DNA of 64,000 bases from Acidobacteriota bacterium (GCA_963663035.1 OY760074.1:736001-800000); one strand, 5' to 3'. Counted from the first letter of the stretch, positions 1-10,848 are shown. Numbers and translations: made by a program. The notes: a model not told the origin generated them from the letters alone.

Positions 1-2004
1 ATGAAGCTCGATGTCGCCTGCGTGAGCGTTGGTCTCCTGCACGATGTGGTCGAGGATACCCTCACCAGTCTTGATACTATCAGGGAGTATTTTGGCGAAG
101 ACATCGCCCATCTGGTGGACGGTGTCACCAAAATCAGCCAGATTCACTTCTCTTCACGTCATGAAAAGCAATCTGAGAATTTCCGGAAACTGCTTCTCGC
201 TATGGTCGATGACATTCGGGTGATTTTGGTGAAATTGGCCGATCGTTTCCATAACCTGAGTACCTTGCAATACCTTCCCGCTGAAAAGAGAAAGTCCATT
301 GCTCAGGAGACGTTGGACATCTACGTGCCCATCGCCCACCGTCTGGGGATGGCCAAGCTTCGGGGTGAGTTGGAGGATTTGGCCTTTAGGTATTTGGATC
401 CGGTCGCCTTTCAGAATATTTCTGCTCAGGTGGAAAAAGAGAGGGCCAATAGCCATGAGTTCTCTCAAGAGGTCATGGAGGCTATGCAGCAGTGCTTCCA
501 GGAGCAGGGAATTGAAGCCGGGCTTGAGAGTCGTGTCAAGGGAATCTACAGCAGCTACCAGAAGATGAAACGTCAGAAAATCAGCATCGATCAGGTCTAT
601 GACTTCATTGCTATTCGGGTCCTGGTCAAAACGGTGCGTGATTGCTATACGGTGTTGGGAATCGTGAATAACATGTGGAACCCGATTCCAGGGAGAATCA
701 AAGACTTTATCGCCTCTCCCCTTTCCAACAGATACCAATCTCTTCACACCACAGTCATTGGTCGAAATGGACACCCTTTCGAACTGCAGATCCGAACTCA
801 CGAAATGAACCAGGTCGCTGAAGAGGGAATCGCCGCCCACTGGAAATACAAGGAGGGGAAGCTGGAAGAGGAGAAAGATGACAAGCGCTTTCAGTGGCTG
901 CGGCAGCTTTTGGAATGGCAGCACGAGGTCGAGGACCCACATCAGTTCTTGAGTAACCTCAAGATTGACCTGTATCCGAGGGAAGTTTACACCTTTACTC
1001 CCAAAGGAGAGGTGATCACTCTTCCTCGCGGTGCAACACCAGTCGATTTTGCCTATGCTATCCACACCGAAATTGGCCACAAGAGTGTCGGTGCTCAGGT
1101 CAATGGCCGCATCGTCCCCTTGAAATACAAACTCAGTAATGGAGAAATTGTAGAGATTCTCACCTCCAGCGAAGCCCATCCCAGGAAGGACTGGTTGAAT
1201 TTCGTCAGGAGCTCACGTGCCAGAAGCTCGATTAGGCGTTGGATCAATGTGAAGCAGAAGGAAGAGGCCGTCGAGTTGGGGCGAAGATTGCTTGAAAGAA
1301 ATGCCCGCGCCTGCAAATTAAAGCTCAAAAACTATCAGGACAAGCTGGAATCGATGCTTTCCGATTTTAATGTCTCCCGGATGGAGGATTTGTTCGCACG
1401 TCTCGGATTTGGAAAACTCTCCCCTCGCCAGGTCTTGGGGGCACTAGAACCCGGGACGATCGTGCCACAAGAGGGCGAAGAGAGTGGAGCATCAAGAGTG
1501 ACCCAGATGGTCAACAAGGTTTTCCGACGCTCGGAGACCGCCATTCAGGTCAACGGCTACGATGACCTTCTGGTCTATCGAGCCCAGTGCTGTAATCCGG
1601 TCCGAGGTGAAGAGATTATAGGTTACATTACCGCCGGTCGAGGTATCTCGGTCCATTCGGTTGATTGTCCCAGCGTTGAAAAATTGCTTTTAAACCCGGA
1701 GTGGAAGGTTGAAGTGAAGTGGGAAGAGGATGGGAGAAAAGTCATCTATCCCGTGCGTCTGCTCCTCTCTACCGAAGACCGCACCGGGATTTTGGCGGAT
1801 GTCACGTCGGCCGTGTCCCATGTCGATACCAACATCTTGAACGTGAACGCACAGAGTACCGACGATCGCTACGGAGTGATTGATATGACCGTGGAGATCA
1901 ACGATATGGAGCATCTTGAAGAAATCATGAATGACCTCAAGGCGATCGAGGGAGTGCGTGAAGTAGAACGGGCAATAGGTGGGTCCAGAGAAAGAAGGAG
2001 ATAA
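1..2004 (+). CDS. rel: Bifunctional (p)ppGpp synthetase/hydrolase, RelA/SpoT family (probably 5'-truncated by the window edge)
   Basis: HD motif LLHDVVEDT, RIKD and YQSLHT synthetase motifs, TGS domain (TPVDFAYAIHT), C-terminal ACT domain. Confidence 0.96.
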   Translation: MKLDVACVSVGLLHDVVEDTLTSLDTIREYFGEDIAHLVDGVTKISQIHFSSRHEKQSENFRKLLLAMVDDIRVILVKLADRFHNLSTLQYLPAEKRKSIAQETLDIYVPIAHRLGMAKLRGELEDLAFRYLDPVAFQNISAQVEKERANSHEFSQEVMEAMQQCFQEQGIEAGLESRVKGIYSSYQKMKRQKISIDQVYDFIAIRVLVKTVRDCYTVLGIVNNMWNPIPGRIKDFIASPLSNRYQSLHTTVIGRNGHPFELQIRTHEMNQVAEEGIAAHWKYKEGKLEEEKDDKRFQWLRQLLEWQHEVEDPHQFLSNLKIDLYPREVYTFTPKGEVITLPRGATPVDFAYAIHTEIGHKSVGAQVNGRIVPLKYKLSNGEIVEILTSSEAHPRKDWLNFVRSSRARSSIRRWINVKQKEEAVELGRRLLERNARACKLKLKNYQDKLESMLSDFNVSRMEDLFARLGFGKLSPRQVLGALEPGTIVPQEGEESGASRVTQMVNKVFRRSETAIQVNGYDDLLVYRAQCCNPVRGEEIIGYITAGRGISVHSVDCPSVEKLLLNPEWKVEVKWEEDGRKVIYPVRLLLSTEDRTGILADVTSAVSHVDTNILNVNAQSTDDRYGVIDMTVEINDMEHLEEIMNDLKAIEGVREVERAIGGSRERRR

Positions 2005-2009
2005 TATCG

Positions 2010-2207
2010 CTACGCGATGGACGGTTTCTGGACTTTTCCAGACTTCAGACACTGAGTACAAACGCGGATGCGGCAGATAGTCCCATTGACAACCGCTCGC
2101 ACACGCTGCAAATTCGGATTCCAGCGCCGGTTGGTCAAATTATGAGCATGTGAGACGTTGTGGCCAAAGCGGGGTCCCTTTCCACAAATCTCACAAACCT
2201 TCGACAT
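2010..2207 (-). CDS. rpmB: 50S ribosomal protein L28, Zn-binding form
   Basis: [34 protein letters not shown]...VCTQCLKSG. Confidence 0.97.
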   Translation of the reverse strand: MSKVCEICGKGPRFGHNVSHAHNLTNRRWNPNLQRVRAVVNGTICRIRVCTQCLKSGKVQKPSIA

Positions 2208-2240
2208 AAGTCCTCCCAGTAACTTCTTCTAGAGAAGGCA

Positions 2241-2270
2241 ATTAGAACATTCTTCCTCTTCTGGTGTCAA
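2241..2270 (-). promoter_or_regulatory. Putative sigma-70 promoter of rpmB
   Basis: Minus strand TTGACA-N18-TCTAAT with an extended -10 TG, about 35 bp upstream of the start. Confidence 0.55.
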
Positions 2271-2411
2271 TCGGGGCCATTTTTCTCTCGTAGATTTTTC
2301 ACTTGGGGCGTTATAGTGATCGAGATAGGCTGAGAGAATCATCGTCGGGGGTATGGTTTAAAATAGGGAAAAACAGCCTAAACAAAAGAGGTAATTGAAG
2401 AGAGGAAACAA

Positions 2412-3443
2412 GTGATGGACGACGATCAGAAGAAGAAGCGGGCCATCGAGATGGCCTTGACCCAGATTGAACGACAATTCGGGAAGGGATCGATCATGAA
2501 GTTGGGTGACCATGCGGTCTTGAAGGTCCCGGTGATTTCCACAGGCTCCCTCTCGATCGATGCGGCCCTGGGGATTGGTGGTTTCCCACGCGGGCGGGTG
2601 ATAGAGGTCTACGGCCCGGAATCGAGTGGAAAGACCACCATTGCGCTGCATGCCATTGCCGAGGCTCAAAAGCAGGGTGGAACGGCTGCCTTCATCGATG
2701 CCGAGCACGCCATGGATGCCAAATATGCCGGCAATCTGGGGGTCAATATTGACGAGCTGCTGGTCTCCCAGCCGGACAGTGGAGAGCAGGCCTTGGAGAT
2801 TGCTGAGATGTTGGTGCGCAGTGGGGCAATTGACATTCTCGTCATCGATTCAGTGGCGGCTCTGGTCCCTCGTGCCGAATTGGAAGGAGAAATGGGGGAC
2901 TCCCATATGGGACTGCAGGCCCGGCTCATGTCCCAGGCCTTGCGAAAGCTGGCCGGTGTCATTTCCAAGTCACAAACATGTATGATCTTTATCAATCAGA
3001 TTCGAGAGAAGATCGGGGTCATGTTTGGTAACCCGGAAACCACCACGGGTGGGCGAGCCCTGAAATTCTACGCCTCAGTTCGTTTGGAAGTCCGACGTGT
3101 CGCTTCCATTAAGGAAGGGGATCAAAACGTCGGCAATCGGACAAAAGCCAAGATCGTCAAGAATAAGTTGGCACCGCCTTTCCGAGAAGCCTACTTCGAC
3201 ATCAACTTCGGCTGGGGGATTTCTCGGGAAGGGGAGTTGCTTGATTTGGCCGTGGAGCACGAAATTGTAGAGAAAAGCGGTTCATGGTTCTCCTACGGGC
3301 AGGAACGATTAGGGCAGGGACGTGAAAATTCCAAGCTGTTCCTCCGCGAGAACGCCGAGATCACTGGCGCAATCGAGCATAAGCTAAAGGTGGCTCTGGG
3401 GACTGCCAAGCCGTTGCAGAAAGTTGAAGCAACAGGAACCTAG
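2412..3443 (+). CDS. recA: Recombinase RecA
   Basis: GPESSGKTT Walker [27 protein letters not shown]. Confidence 0.99.
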   Translation: MMDDDQKKKRAIEMALTQIERQFGKGSIMKLGDHAVLKVPVISTGSLSIDAALGIGGFPRGRVIEVYGPESSGKTTIALHAIAEAQKQGGTAAFIDAEHAMDAKYAGNLGVNIDELLVSQPDSGEQALEIAEMLVRSGAIDILVIDSVAALVPRAELEGEMGDSHMGLQARLMSQALRKLAGVISKSQTCMIFINQIREKIGVMFGNPETTTGGRALKFYASVRLEVRRVASIKEGDQNVGNRTKAKIVKNKLAPPFREAYFDINFGWGISREGELLDLAVEHEIVEKSGSWFSYGQERLGQGRENSKLFLRENAEITGAIEHKLKVALGTAKPLQKVEATGT

Positions 3444-3445
3444 AA

Positions 3446-3471
3446 CTGGAAGACGCTTCTTCCAGCTTTTT
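3446..3471 (+). terminator. Putative intrinsic terminator between convergent recA and TPR gene
   Basis: Hairpin CTGGAAGA-CGCT-TCTTCCAG followed by CTTTTT. Confidence 0.55.
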
Positions 3472-4495
3472 ACATCCCCACTTCTTCTCTCGCTCTCTGA
3501 ATCAATGCGGGAAGACCGCTGGTATTGCCATGAGTGGACCGATAGAGCTGGTTGAGTTGATCCCTGGAGTCTTTTGCGCTGGGGCCGTTCAATACGAAAG
3601 CTTTGGCAAAGGATAAAATCGCCCGATCCGTGTTTCCCGCTCCCCAGTAGATGTACCCCAGGCGATAGTGAGCGAAATCGTTTTGGGCGTCATGCTGTAC
3701 CGCCGTCTCGAAATTTTTGCGGGCGGCAGTCGAGTTCTTAGCCACGTAAGCCTGCTCGCCTAGTGCCCGGTAACAGAAACCACGAATCTGATTCAATTGT
3801 GCCGTCCACGCTTCATCAGTTTGACCCTCAGGCTTGGTGACCTTGTCAGCAGCTTCAAGCGTCCTCTTGGCGTACTCGACAGCCCTGCCCAGATCGTTGG
3901 CACCCCAATAGGAGTTGGACACTGCCACCAGCATCTCTAAGTTGTTGGGAGCGTGCTGAATGGTGCGCTGTGCCCACTTTCGGAAATTCACCTGGTCCTT
4001 CAGGGACTGGTAAGCCTGGGCCACCAGATAAGCCGTGTTGGCACTGGGTGACTCGGTGTACAGCTTACTGCCAAAGTCCACCAGCTTTTTAGTATTGCCG
4101 AGATTTTGGTAGGCCTGAGTAGCGGCCTGAATGGCTGTCGCGTCATCGGGTCGATGGCGCAAGTAGTTCTCCGCTGTCGTGGCCATCTGCTGCCACTGGT
4201 CCCGTTGTCGGTCAGCCTGATAGAACTGAGCATACAAGTAGGAAATGTTTGGATCCAGCGCGGATTGGCTGTATGTCTCGACGAACTCCAGAAGCAAAGC
4301 CTTTTTCTTGGCGGCATCTGCCTCCGCCTCGGCCTTCTCGTAAAGGTCGTACTCCTGATTATAGGTGTCACTGTCCTGGAAGCCCAGCAGGCGTGGAATA
4401 CAACCGATGCAAACGATAAATACTAGAGCCTTGGACGCTATTGGTCTCATTACTCCCTCCTCTAAGAGATGATTTACCGTTAAGATAGCACACAA
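3470..4495 (-). CDS. Secreted tetratricopeptide-repeat protein (true start probably MRPIASK, about 4450)
   Basis: Signal-like N-terminus and TPR-like helices (AHYRLGYIY..., YRALGEQAY...). Confidence 0.75.
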   Translation of the reverse strand: MCAILTVNHLLEEGVMRPIASKALVFIVCIGCIPRLLGFQDSDTYNQEYDLYEKAEAEADAAKKKALLLEFVETYSQSALDPNISYLYAQFYQADRQRDQWQQMATTAENYLRHRPDDATAIQAATQAYQNLGNTKKLVDFGSKLYTESPSANTAYLVAQAYQSLKDQVNFRKWAQRTIQHAPNNLEMLVAVSNSYWGANDLGRAVEYAKRTLEAADKVTKPEGQTDEAWTAQLNQIRGFCYRALGEQAYVAKNSTAARKNFETAVQHDAQNDFAHYRLGYIYWGAGNTDRAILSFAKAFVLNGPSAKDSRDQLNQLYRSTHGNTSGLPALIQRAREEVGM

Positions 4496-4608
4496 TCGTG
4501 CCCTGTGACAGGCAATACCTGAAACATTTTCTTCCTACCTTGATGACTTGCGGGGCGGGCTTCACTTCAGAACCGGCTTTGAGATAAGATTCCAGGTCTC
4601 CTACCCAC

Positions 4609-4683
4609 TCGGGGGTCGTCTAATAGGCAAGACAGCGGCCTTTGGAGCCGCCAATCCAGGTTCGAGCCCTGGCCCCCGAGCCA
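4609..4683 (+). tRNA. tRNA-Gln(TTG)
   Basis: Acceptor stem TCGGGGG/CCCCCGA, anticodon arm GCGGC-CTTTGGA-GCCGC, T-arm GGTTCGAGCCC, encoded CCA. Confidence 0.96.
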
Positions 4684-5208
4684 ATTCATGAGTCAAACTG
4701 AGAGTTCTGGAGAAGGGAGGAGTTGAGCTTACTTAGTCATTCAAGGCAGCCAGTCTCGCTACCCACTGTTCTAGCTTTTCGTTGTCGGCTTGTAGATCCT
4801 GTCTCAGCTTCCTCAGCTGCTGCACCTCGCATTTTAAACGGTTGATCAACTGTCCCACTACGGCTCCGGTCAAGATGAGAAAACTGGACCAAGCCACCAC
4901 ATTCATCCACAGGTCACGCTGGGTGGTAGCTGCCATGAAAGAGTCGGGATAGTAGTAGACATAAATGACAACGAGCAAGGTGGTGAAGACGCCCCCCATA
5001 ACTGCCTTGTGTGCCTCCAGATAATAGGCCCCAAGCAACATGATAATGAAAAAGAAATTCAGGAAAACCAGCTTGTAGGGGATGAGGTAATTGATAGCGA
5101 CTACGCTGAGCAGGATAATGAGAGCAAAGAGCGCCTCAGAATGTTCGGCGAAGTAACTCTTGAGAGTGTCTATGAGTCGTGACCTGCCCCCACGAACGAG
5201 TCCACCCT

Positions 5209-6114
5209 CTATGCTAGACCCGGGACCATTTGAAGTCCACTCCAAGGGATTGGATCCAGTGCCTGCGACCTAGGTAGTTTGGCCTCTGGCGCCGGCGGCC
5301 GATAGGCCAAGGCGCTGTGAGGCCGGATCTGATTGTAATCCCTCCGCCAGCGTTCTACCAACACCTTGGCTTCCCCCAGCGTGTCGAAGATCTCCATGTT
5401 CAGCAGCTCATCCCGTAGTTTCCCGTTGAAACTCTCAATGTACCCATTCTCCCAGGGGCTGCCCGGCTCGATGTACAAGGTCCTTACCCCAACAGCCTGC
5501 AGCCAGTCCCGGACCGCCTGTGCCGTAAACTCCGATCCGTTATCGGACCGGATAAACTCAGGCACTCCCCGATCAACGAATAACTCCGCCAGCCGGTCCA
5601 ACACGTCTTGGTGATTCATCTGCCGTTTCACATCAATGGCGAGGCACTCTCTGGTGTACTCATCCAGGATCGTCAATAGCCGAAAGGCTCGCCCATCATG
5701 GGTCCGTTCATGCACGAAATCATAGCTCCAGACGTGGTTCTTGCGAGCCGCTCGTAACCGAACACAGGAACCGTCATTAAGCCACAGCCTCCTTCGTTTC
5801 GGCTGTCTGGACGGGACTTTCAGCCCTTCTTGTCTCCACAGCCTCTCCACCCGCTTAGGATTCACCTTCCACCCTTCCCCATGAAGTATCGCCGTGACCC
5901 GCCGGTAGCCATAACGCCCGTATTGCGTAGCCAACTCCACCATCCGGGCCACCAATCGGGCCTCATCATCGGGAATTTGCCTTTCCCTTCGCTGGGTCGA
6001 TCGAACCTGTCCCAGCACTTGGCAGGCCCGACGTTCGGAGACTCGCTCTGCTCCTAATCGCTCTCGTACCCACATCACCGCTCGTCTCCTGTTCGCCGGG
6101 CCTAGAAGTTTCCC
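5209..6114 (-). CDS. IS3 transposase OrfB (DDE integrase core), reached by -1 frameshift from OrfA
   Basis: [28 protein letters not shown] motifs; slippery heptamer G-GGA-AAC at 6108-6114 on the minus strand. Confidence 0.93.
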   Translation of the reverse strand, partial: GKLLGPANRRRAVMWVRERLGAERVSERRACQVLGQVRSTQRRERQIPDDEARLVARMVELATQYGRYGYRRVTAILHGEGWKVNPKRVERLWRQEGLKVPSRQPKRRRLWLNDGSCVRLRAARKNHVWSYDFVHERTHDGRAFRLLTILDEYTRECLAIDVKRQMNHQDVLDRLAELFVDRGVPEFIRSDNGSEFTAQAVRDWLQAVGVRTLYIEPGSPWENGYIESFNGKLRDELLNMEIFDTLGEAKVLVERWRRDYNQIRPHSALAYRPPAPEAKLPRSQALDPIPWSGLQMVPGLA

Positions 6115-6380
6115 GAGGACACTTCCTTCAGGATCTGCTTGTCCAAAGACAGATCCGCCACCAGCTTCTTCAACCGGGTATTCTCCTTCTCCAACACCTT
6201 CAACCTCTTGGCCTGGTCCAACCGGAGCCCTCCGTACTCTTTGCGCCACCGGTAGTAGGTCTGCTCGCTCACCCCCATCTGCTTCGACACCTGTCCCACC
6301 CTCTGTCCTTGGGCCAGACCCACCTCTGCCTCACGCAGCTTCATGATGATCTGTTCTGCCCTAAACCGCTTCCCTGCCAT
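6102..6380 (-). CDS. IS3 transposase OrfA (HTH)
   Basis: [19 protein letters not shown]...[12 protein letters not shown]...[15 protein letters not shown]. Confidence 0.93.
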   Translation of the reverse strand: MAGKRFRAEQIIMKLREAEVGLAQGQRVGQVSKQMGVSEQTYYRWRKEYGGLRLDQAKRLKVLEKENTRLKKLVADLSLDKQILKEVSSGNF

Positions 6381-6593
6381 CCTTGCCTCCTTCCTAAACC
6401 GGAAATCCTAACATTCAAACTGGACTCGTTTTAGGGGGCAAGGTCAGTCGGGACCCTGTTGGTCTCAACAAGGTGTCATTGGGCATGACACTTCTTATGC
6501 TGTGCATTGCAACCAGTATGACAGAAAAGATGCACCTACCGTGCAAGTGGATGGAATCTCTTGGTCTTAATCCGCAGAGGTGCTGCTCAGCTA

Positions 6594-8807
6594 TCAGAAG
6601 TCAAATTCGTAGCTGTACTTGACGAAGAATGCTCGCTCCAGCGGATCAAAGGCCTCGCCAGGAGTCTCATAACTCTCATTGTAGACCACGTATAGACCGG
6701 TACCCGCGGTGTTGGTTAGCCCAAAACGGATGTTGCTGCTGAATTCCTGTGAGCTGCTGTTGTATTGAAAAAAGGTCTGAATGAAACGATAAGGGGTAAA
6801 GGAATAGTTGATCCTGAGGCGGACCAGGTTCGTGTTGAAGCTCCCCCAGTCAGCCTCCACGTCGGTGGTGACCAAGCTGAAAGTGGTGATGAATTGAGGT
6901 CCTGTTCGAAATCCCAAGGAGGTGCCATAACTCTTGATATCGCCCTCGAAAAAGCCACCCAGGTTGACATTCAGGTCACCAAAAATCGAGGCCGAGGGGT
7001 CTGATCCCACAAAGAAGTTATATTCATTAAAACGGTAGATACCGACAGGAACCGTGACTCCAGGATGGGGTTCGAAGGCTTCCCGTAGAAACTCATAGTT
7101 ACGGTTCGTGGTGACGCCCACACTGCCGCCATTGGTGAGGCGAATCTCCAGGTCCCAGTGCTGGCGCTCGGTCTCCAGTAACCCGTCAAATCCGTAATGG
7201 CGGGTTACGGAAGCGTGAGGATTCCATTGTCGTACCGGTCCCGATTCGGGACTGGGAGTGAAAGCAAACCCGATCCTGGGTCTGCGGAAGCCCCGCCGGG
7301 GAACAAACCCCACCTCCGGATTGAAGTTGTCCTGGATCTCCATGTATCTCGCTTCAAAGCGCCACAGATCGCTCCTGTACTCGGCGAAGACGTTTCCAGC
7401 GTAATCATCCCCCGACACTCCGGGAGAGTAACTCTTGGCCAGATAACTGGTCAGGATCACGTGCTCTCCAAACCCTAACTGTAAGTCGGTTCCCCAGGCG
7501 CGGTTGTATGCTGAGCCCCCCAGCAGTTCTCCAATGTTGTCTCGATTGGTGAACATGACTCCAAGGCTGCTTCTGGTGCGAAACTCTCTGCGGATGCGGC
7601 CCACAAAAAAGTTTTGACCCGCTACCAGGCCTTCATCGTCGCCTGTCTGAATGGAAAGGATGCCCAGGTTGAAGCGATCGATTTTCCCGGTCAGCCGCGC
7701 TCCTGCCCGGATGGGAACCTCACGACCGTCCTCGATACCGATTCTGCGGCTAAAGAAAAGATCCATTTCCCGTGGAGTTCCAAAGGCAAAGGTACCGGCA
7801 TTTTCCAGAAAAAAGGAGCGTTTCTCTGGGAAGAAGAGGCTGAATCGGGTGAAATTGATCTGCTCGTCATCGACCTCAACCTGCGCAAAATCAGTGTTAA
7901 TGGTCGCGTCCAGCGTCAGCGTCGAGGTGAGTCCGTATTTCACGTCCAAACCGACTTCGTTTTCAAAGTCAGACTCCGAGAGGGAGTAGTCCTTGGTTGG
8001 ACCGAGCAGAATGTAGGGAGTGACCTTGAGGTTCCGGGTGGATCGAATGTCAAGCGAGTCCAGGTCTCCCGCCCGGGACAGCCGATAAATGTTGTAGGCC
8101 TGGGGAATCTCGGCCCAGAAAGACTGCTCATTCTTGCGGCGGACGTTCCGCATCACATTCAATCCCCATTGCTGAGGTCCTTCACTGTCCTTGAAGCGGA
8201 GGGACTTCAACGGAATTCCTAGCTCTGCTTCCCATCCACGCTCGCTGCGGGTGCTGCGGACCTCCCAGGTGACATTCCAGTTCAGGTTGAAGGCGGCCAC
8301 GTTTCCCCGCGACGATGTGGAAGTCGCCGAACTACCCACCCCACCAGAACCACTGGCCTGGCCACCACTGACCCCTTCATTCAGGATTTGGGCATCGTAC
8401 TGGATTCCGGAGGGATTCGTCCCAAACAGGAATCCATTCTGTTGATCATGATAGGTGTCCAAAATAATCAGGATAGAATCGGAATCGTTCAGATTCCCGT
8501 CTCTGCGGCTCTGTGTGTCCACAATCAGATCCGGCTCCGAATCGAAGCAGATCACTCCGATGTAGAGGGTATCTTGCGTATAGAGAAAGCGAACTTCGGT
8601 TCTTTCAGTCGCCGGCGCACCTAAGACCGGACGCTGCTGAACGAAATCGTTCGCCATGGGAGCTGCTTCCCACTCCTGCTCATTCACGCGCCCGTCCAGA
8701 ATGGGAGGCTCTTCGACCCTGACGGCACTGACCGAATGGTCGGCACCCAGGCTCAGAGTGAGGCAAAACAACGAAACCAGGAACGCGAAGTTAACTTTTT
8801 CCCACAC
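6594..8807 (-). CDS. Secreted CBM9-like / DUF5916 protein with a probable beta-barrel C-terminus
   Basis: Signal peptide, PPILDGRVNEQEW, NTDFAQVEVD...FFPEKRSFFLE motif, C-terminal YEFDF. Confidence 0.8.
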   Translation of the reverse strand: MWEKVNFAFLVSLFCLTLSLGADHSVSAVRVEEPPILDGRVNEQEWEAAPMANDFVQQRPVLGAPATERTEVRFLYTQDTLYIGVICFDSEPDLIVDTQSRRDGNLNDSDSILIILDTYHDQQNGFLFGTNPSGIQYDAQILNEGVSGGQASGSGGVGSSATSTSSRGNVAAFNLNWNVTWEVRSTRSERGWEAELGIPLKSLRFKDSEGPQQWGLNVMRNVRRKNEQSFWAEIPQAYNIYRLSRAGDLDSLDIRSTRNLKVTPYILLGPTKDYSLSESDFENEVGLDVKYGLTSTLTLDATINTDFAQVEVDDEQINFTRFSLFFPEKRSFFLENAGTFAFGTPREMDLFFSRRIGIEDGREVPIRAGARLTGKIDRFNLGILSIQTGDDEGLVAGQNFFVGRIRREFRTRSSLGVMFTNRDNIGELLGGSAYNRAWGTDLQLGFGEHVILTSYLAKSYSPGVSGDDYAGNVFAEYRSDLWRFEARYMEIQDNFNPEVGFVPRRGFRRPRIGFAFTPSPESGPVRQWNPHASVTRHYGFDGLLETERQHWDLEIRLTNGGSVGVTTNRNYEFLREAFEPHPGVTVPVGIYRFNEYNFFVGSDPSASIFGDLNVNLGGFFEGDIKSYGTSLGFRTGPQFITTFSLVTTDVEADWGSFNTNLVRLRINYSFTPYRFIQTFFQYNSSSQEFSSNIRFGLTNTAGTGLYVVYNESYETPGEAFDPLERAFFVKYSYEFDF

Positions 8808-8845
8808 GGTGAATCCTCAGTTAATAGACAGTCTTAAAGATATGC

Positions 8846-10228
8846 TTGGAGAAGATACCGAGTCAAGGGAAGCCAGTGAGTGAAGAGTTGCAGGAGAAAT
8901 GCTCTGTTGATACTCTCCTCCAGAAAGTCGGTCGGATGATGACTGTTTTTCAAAAAAGGGGAAAAGAAGTCGTGAACTCAACAAGAACAGGTCTTGCAGC
9001 ACTGGGTCTGAGTCTTCTTTGGGCTGCCCTTGCAGTTCCCGCCGTTGGGCAGGTTCCCTCCTTTCTGGCCGGGAGATTGTCCGAAAGAAATCTCTTCACT
9101 CAAATGGGTTCCTTGCTGGAGCAGGGAGATCTGGCCGGAGCGGAAACATTCCTTCGGGAGAATGTTCAGGCATTGGGTGAAGAACTGCAGGAGATTCTCG
9201 ACGATGTCGATCGAGGTTTTGACGAGCTGGGCAGACAAAAGGCTCGCAATGATATCTTGCAGCAGGGATTCCGTCAGATGGAAGTCGACCTGGCCAAGAG
9301 CGAAAAGGTATTCCAACTCTACAGCGATCTGACAGGACAGCCTAACTACCTGGCACGTTTTCAAGCCAAGCGACTGCGCATCAAGGGAGCCGAGCACACC
9401 AATCACGCCGATTTCCTTTGGGATAGCCTTGAATATGAGCAGGCCCTTCAGGAGTACGCCGAGGCCATTCGGGCCTTGCAGGAAGCCATTCCTTTAGCGC
9501 AATCGGTGAAGGATCACAAGCTGCTCGAGTCCTGTTTAAATAACATCGGCTATGCCGCTATCTATTCAGGGGATCACGCCGATGGCTTAAGCAAGTTCTC
9601 TGAGGCCTTGGAGGTTGCTGAGGAAAGAGGAGATCCTATCCATCAAGGACAGTATTTGCTCAATCTGGGGACATTCTACCTCTATGTCGGTCAGCCGGAA
9701 GACTCCCTCCGCTACAGTTTGCGGGCGGTGGAAGTGATTCAGAAAATTGGCCGCAGGACCTGGGAGGCCAATGCTCTCTTGAACCTGGGTTCGAGTTATT
9801 TAGTCATGAATCAAAATGAGCAGGCTCTCAGCTATTTTCAAAAAGCTCTGCAAAAGTCCCAGGAAGCCAACGACCGGCGCAGTCATGGGAGAGCTCTCTA
9901 CAATTTAGCCTTGATCACCGCACGTTCCGAGGAGTGGGAAGGAGCCGCTGACCTGATGGCTCAAGCTCTGCAATGGTATCAGGATAACGAAGAGGTCTAC
10001 GCCCGAGCCGAGCGGACAGTACTGCGCTATCATGGTCTGTCTTTTCTGAGCAGTACCCACCGCAGATTGAACAATCGCGAGGAAGCAGGACAGTACGCTC
10101 GTGCACTAACAGACCTGTCAGCCCAGGACTCGAGTAAACTGGCTGCTTATTTGGCGGACCCCCATCTGAACTTTTACAAGTGGCAGGACTTTAGAGATCG
10201 AAAGAGTCGAGAAACAGGTCGTTTCTAA
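8846..10228 (+). CDS. Tetratricopeptide-repeat protein (start probably downstream, about 8937-8973)
   Basis: Repeated LNNIG / LLNLG / LYNLA TPR motifs after a signal-like segment. Confidence 0.75.
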   Translation: MEKIPSQGKPVSEELQEKCSVDTLLQKVGRMMTVFQKRGKEVVNSTRTGLAALGLSLLWAALAVPAVGQVPSFLAGRLSERNLFTQMGSLLEQGDLAGAETFLRENVQALGEELQEILDDVDRGFDELGRQKARNDILQQGFRQMEVDLAKSEKVFQLYSDLTGQPNYLARFQAKRLRIKGAEHTNHADFLWDSLEYEQALQEYAEAIRALQEAIPLAQSVKDHKLLESCLNNIGYAAIYSGDHADGLSKFSEALEVAEERGDPIHQGQYLLNLGTFYLYVGQPEDSLRYSLRAVEVIQKIGRRTWEANALLNLGSSYLVMNQNEQALSYFQKALQKSQEANDRRSHGRALYNLALITARSEEWEGAADLMAQALQWYQDNEEVYARAERTVLRYHGLSFLSSTHRRLNNREEAGQYARALTDLSAQDSSKLAAYLADPHLNFYKWQDFRDRKSRETGRF

Positions 10229-10848
10229 TCCTCGACTCGCTTGATCGATCGGATCATCACCGTTTCAACGGGGGCATCGCCTCTAGCGGTTTCCACCGTG
10301 GCAATCTTGTCTAGAACGTCCTCACCGGAAACTAACTTCCCAAAGACAGCATATCCCCAGCCATCCGATCCTGGATAATCGAGATTGGCGTTATTGCTGT
10401 GGTTGATGAAGAACTGGGCGGTGCCGCTGTGCGGATCACCGGTGCGTGCCATGGCCAGTGTTCCGCGGTCGTTTCCCAGGCCGTTCTTGGCCTCGTTCTC
10501 AATGGGATCACGCGTTTCTTTACGCGTCATGTCACGGTTGTACCCGCCGCCCTGGATCATAAAGCCTTCGATCACGCGGTGGAAAATAGTTCCATCGTAG
10601 AACTTGTCATCCACGTACTGAAGAAAATTCTTGACGGTCACTGGCGCCTTCTCCGCGTCCAGTTCGGCAACCATCGTGCCCAGGGATGTTTCAATTTCCA
10701 ACAAGGGTTTGTCTCCTGTGGTCTGCCCGTAAACTGTAGTGAACGTTACCAGGAGCCCTAGCAGCACTCCTAGAGAAGAATGGCGCAAGCAGGCCCCAAC
10801 AGTGGGCCGGTAGTGATTTGGTTTCATGTGTTTCTCCTTTTCTTGCAA
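10225..10848 (-). CDS. Periplasmic cyclophilin-type peptidyl-prolyl isomerase (PpiA/PpiB family)
   Basis: YDGTIFHRVIEGFMIQGGG, GTLAMART, QFFIN, GYAVFG. Confidence 0.95.
   Translation of the reverse strand: MQEKEKHMKPNHYRPTVGACLRHSSLGVLLGLLVTFTTVYGQTTGDKPLLEIETSLGTMVAELDAEKAPVTVKNFLQYVDDKFYDGTIFHRVIEGFMIQGGGYNRDMTRKETRDPIENEAKNGLGNDRGTLAMARTGDPHSGTAQFFINHSNNANLDYPGSDGWGYAVFGKLVSGEDVLDKIATVETARGDAPVETVMIRSIKRVED

Larger units (their letters stand above)
5180..6446 (-). mobile_element. IS3-family insertion sequence (IS407-like), copy 1, 1267 bp
   Basis: TG...CA ends with imperfect IRs (TGACCTGCCCCC / GGGGGCAAGGTCA), 4-bp target duplication GTCG at 5176-5179 and 6447-6450, orfA/orfB layout. Confidence 0.96.
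4733..6486 (-). pseudogene. Small multi-TM membrane protein gene interrupted by an IS3-family element
   Basis: Removing the IS and one GTCG copy joins MPNDTLLRPTGSR (from ATG at 6486) in frame to LIDTLKSYFAEHSEALF...; several hydrophobic segments and a coiled-coil tail. Confidence 0.8.

Noticed and set aside
2208-2411. LexA box upstream of recA
   Set aside because: No convincing match to the LexA motifs I know.
6531-6546. Sigma-54-like site TTGCAC-N5-GTGCA upstream of the interrupted gene
   Set aside because: It lacks the invariant GG at -24.
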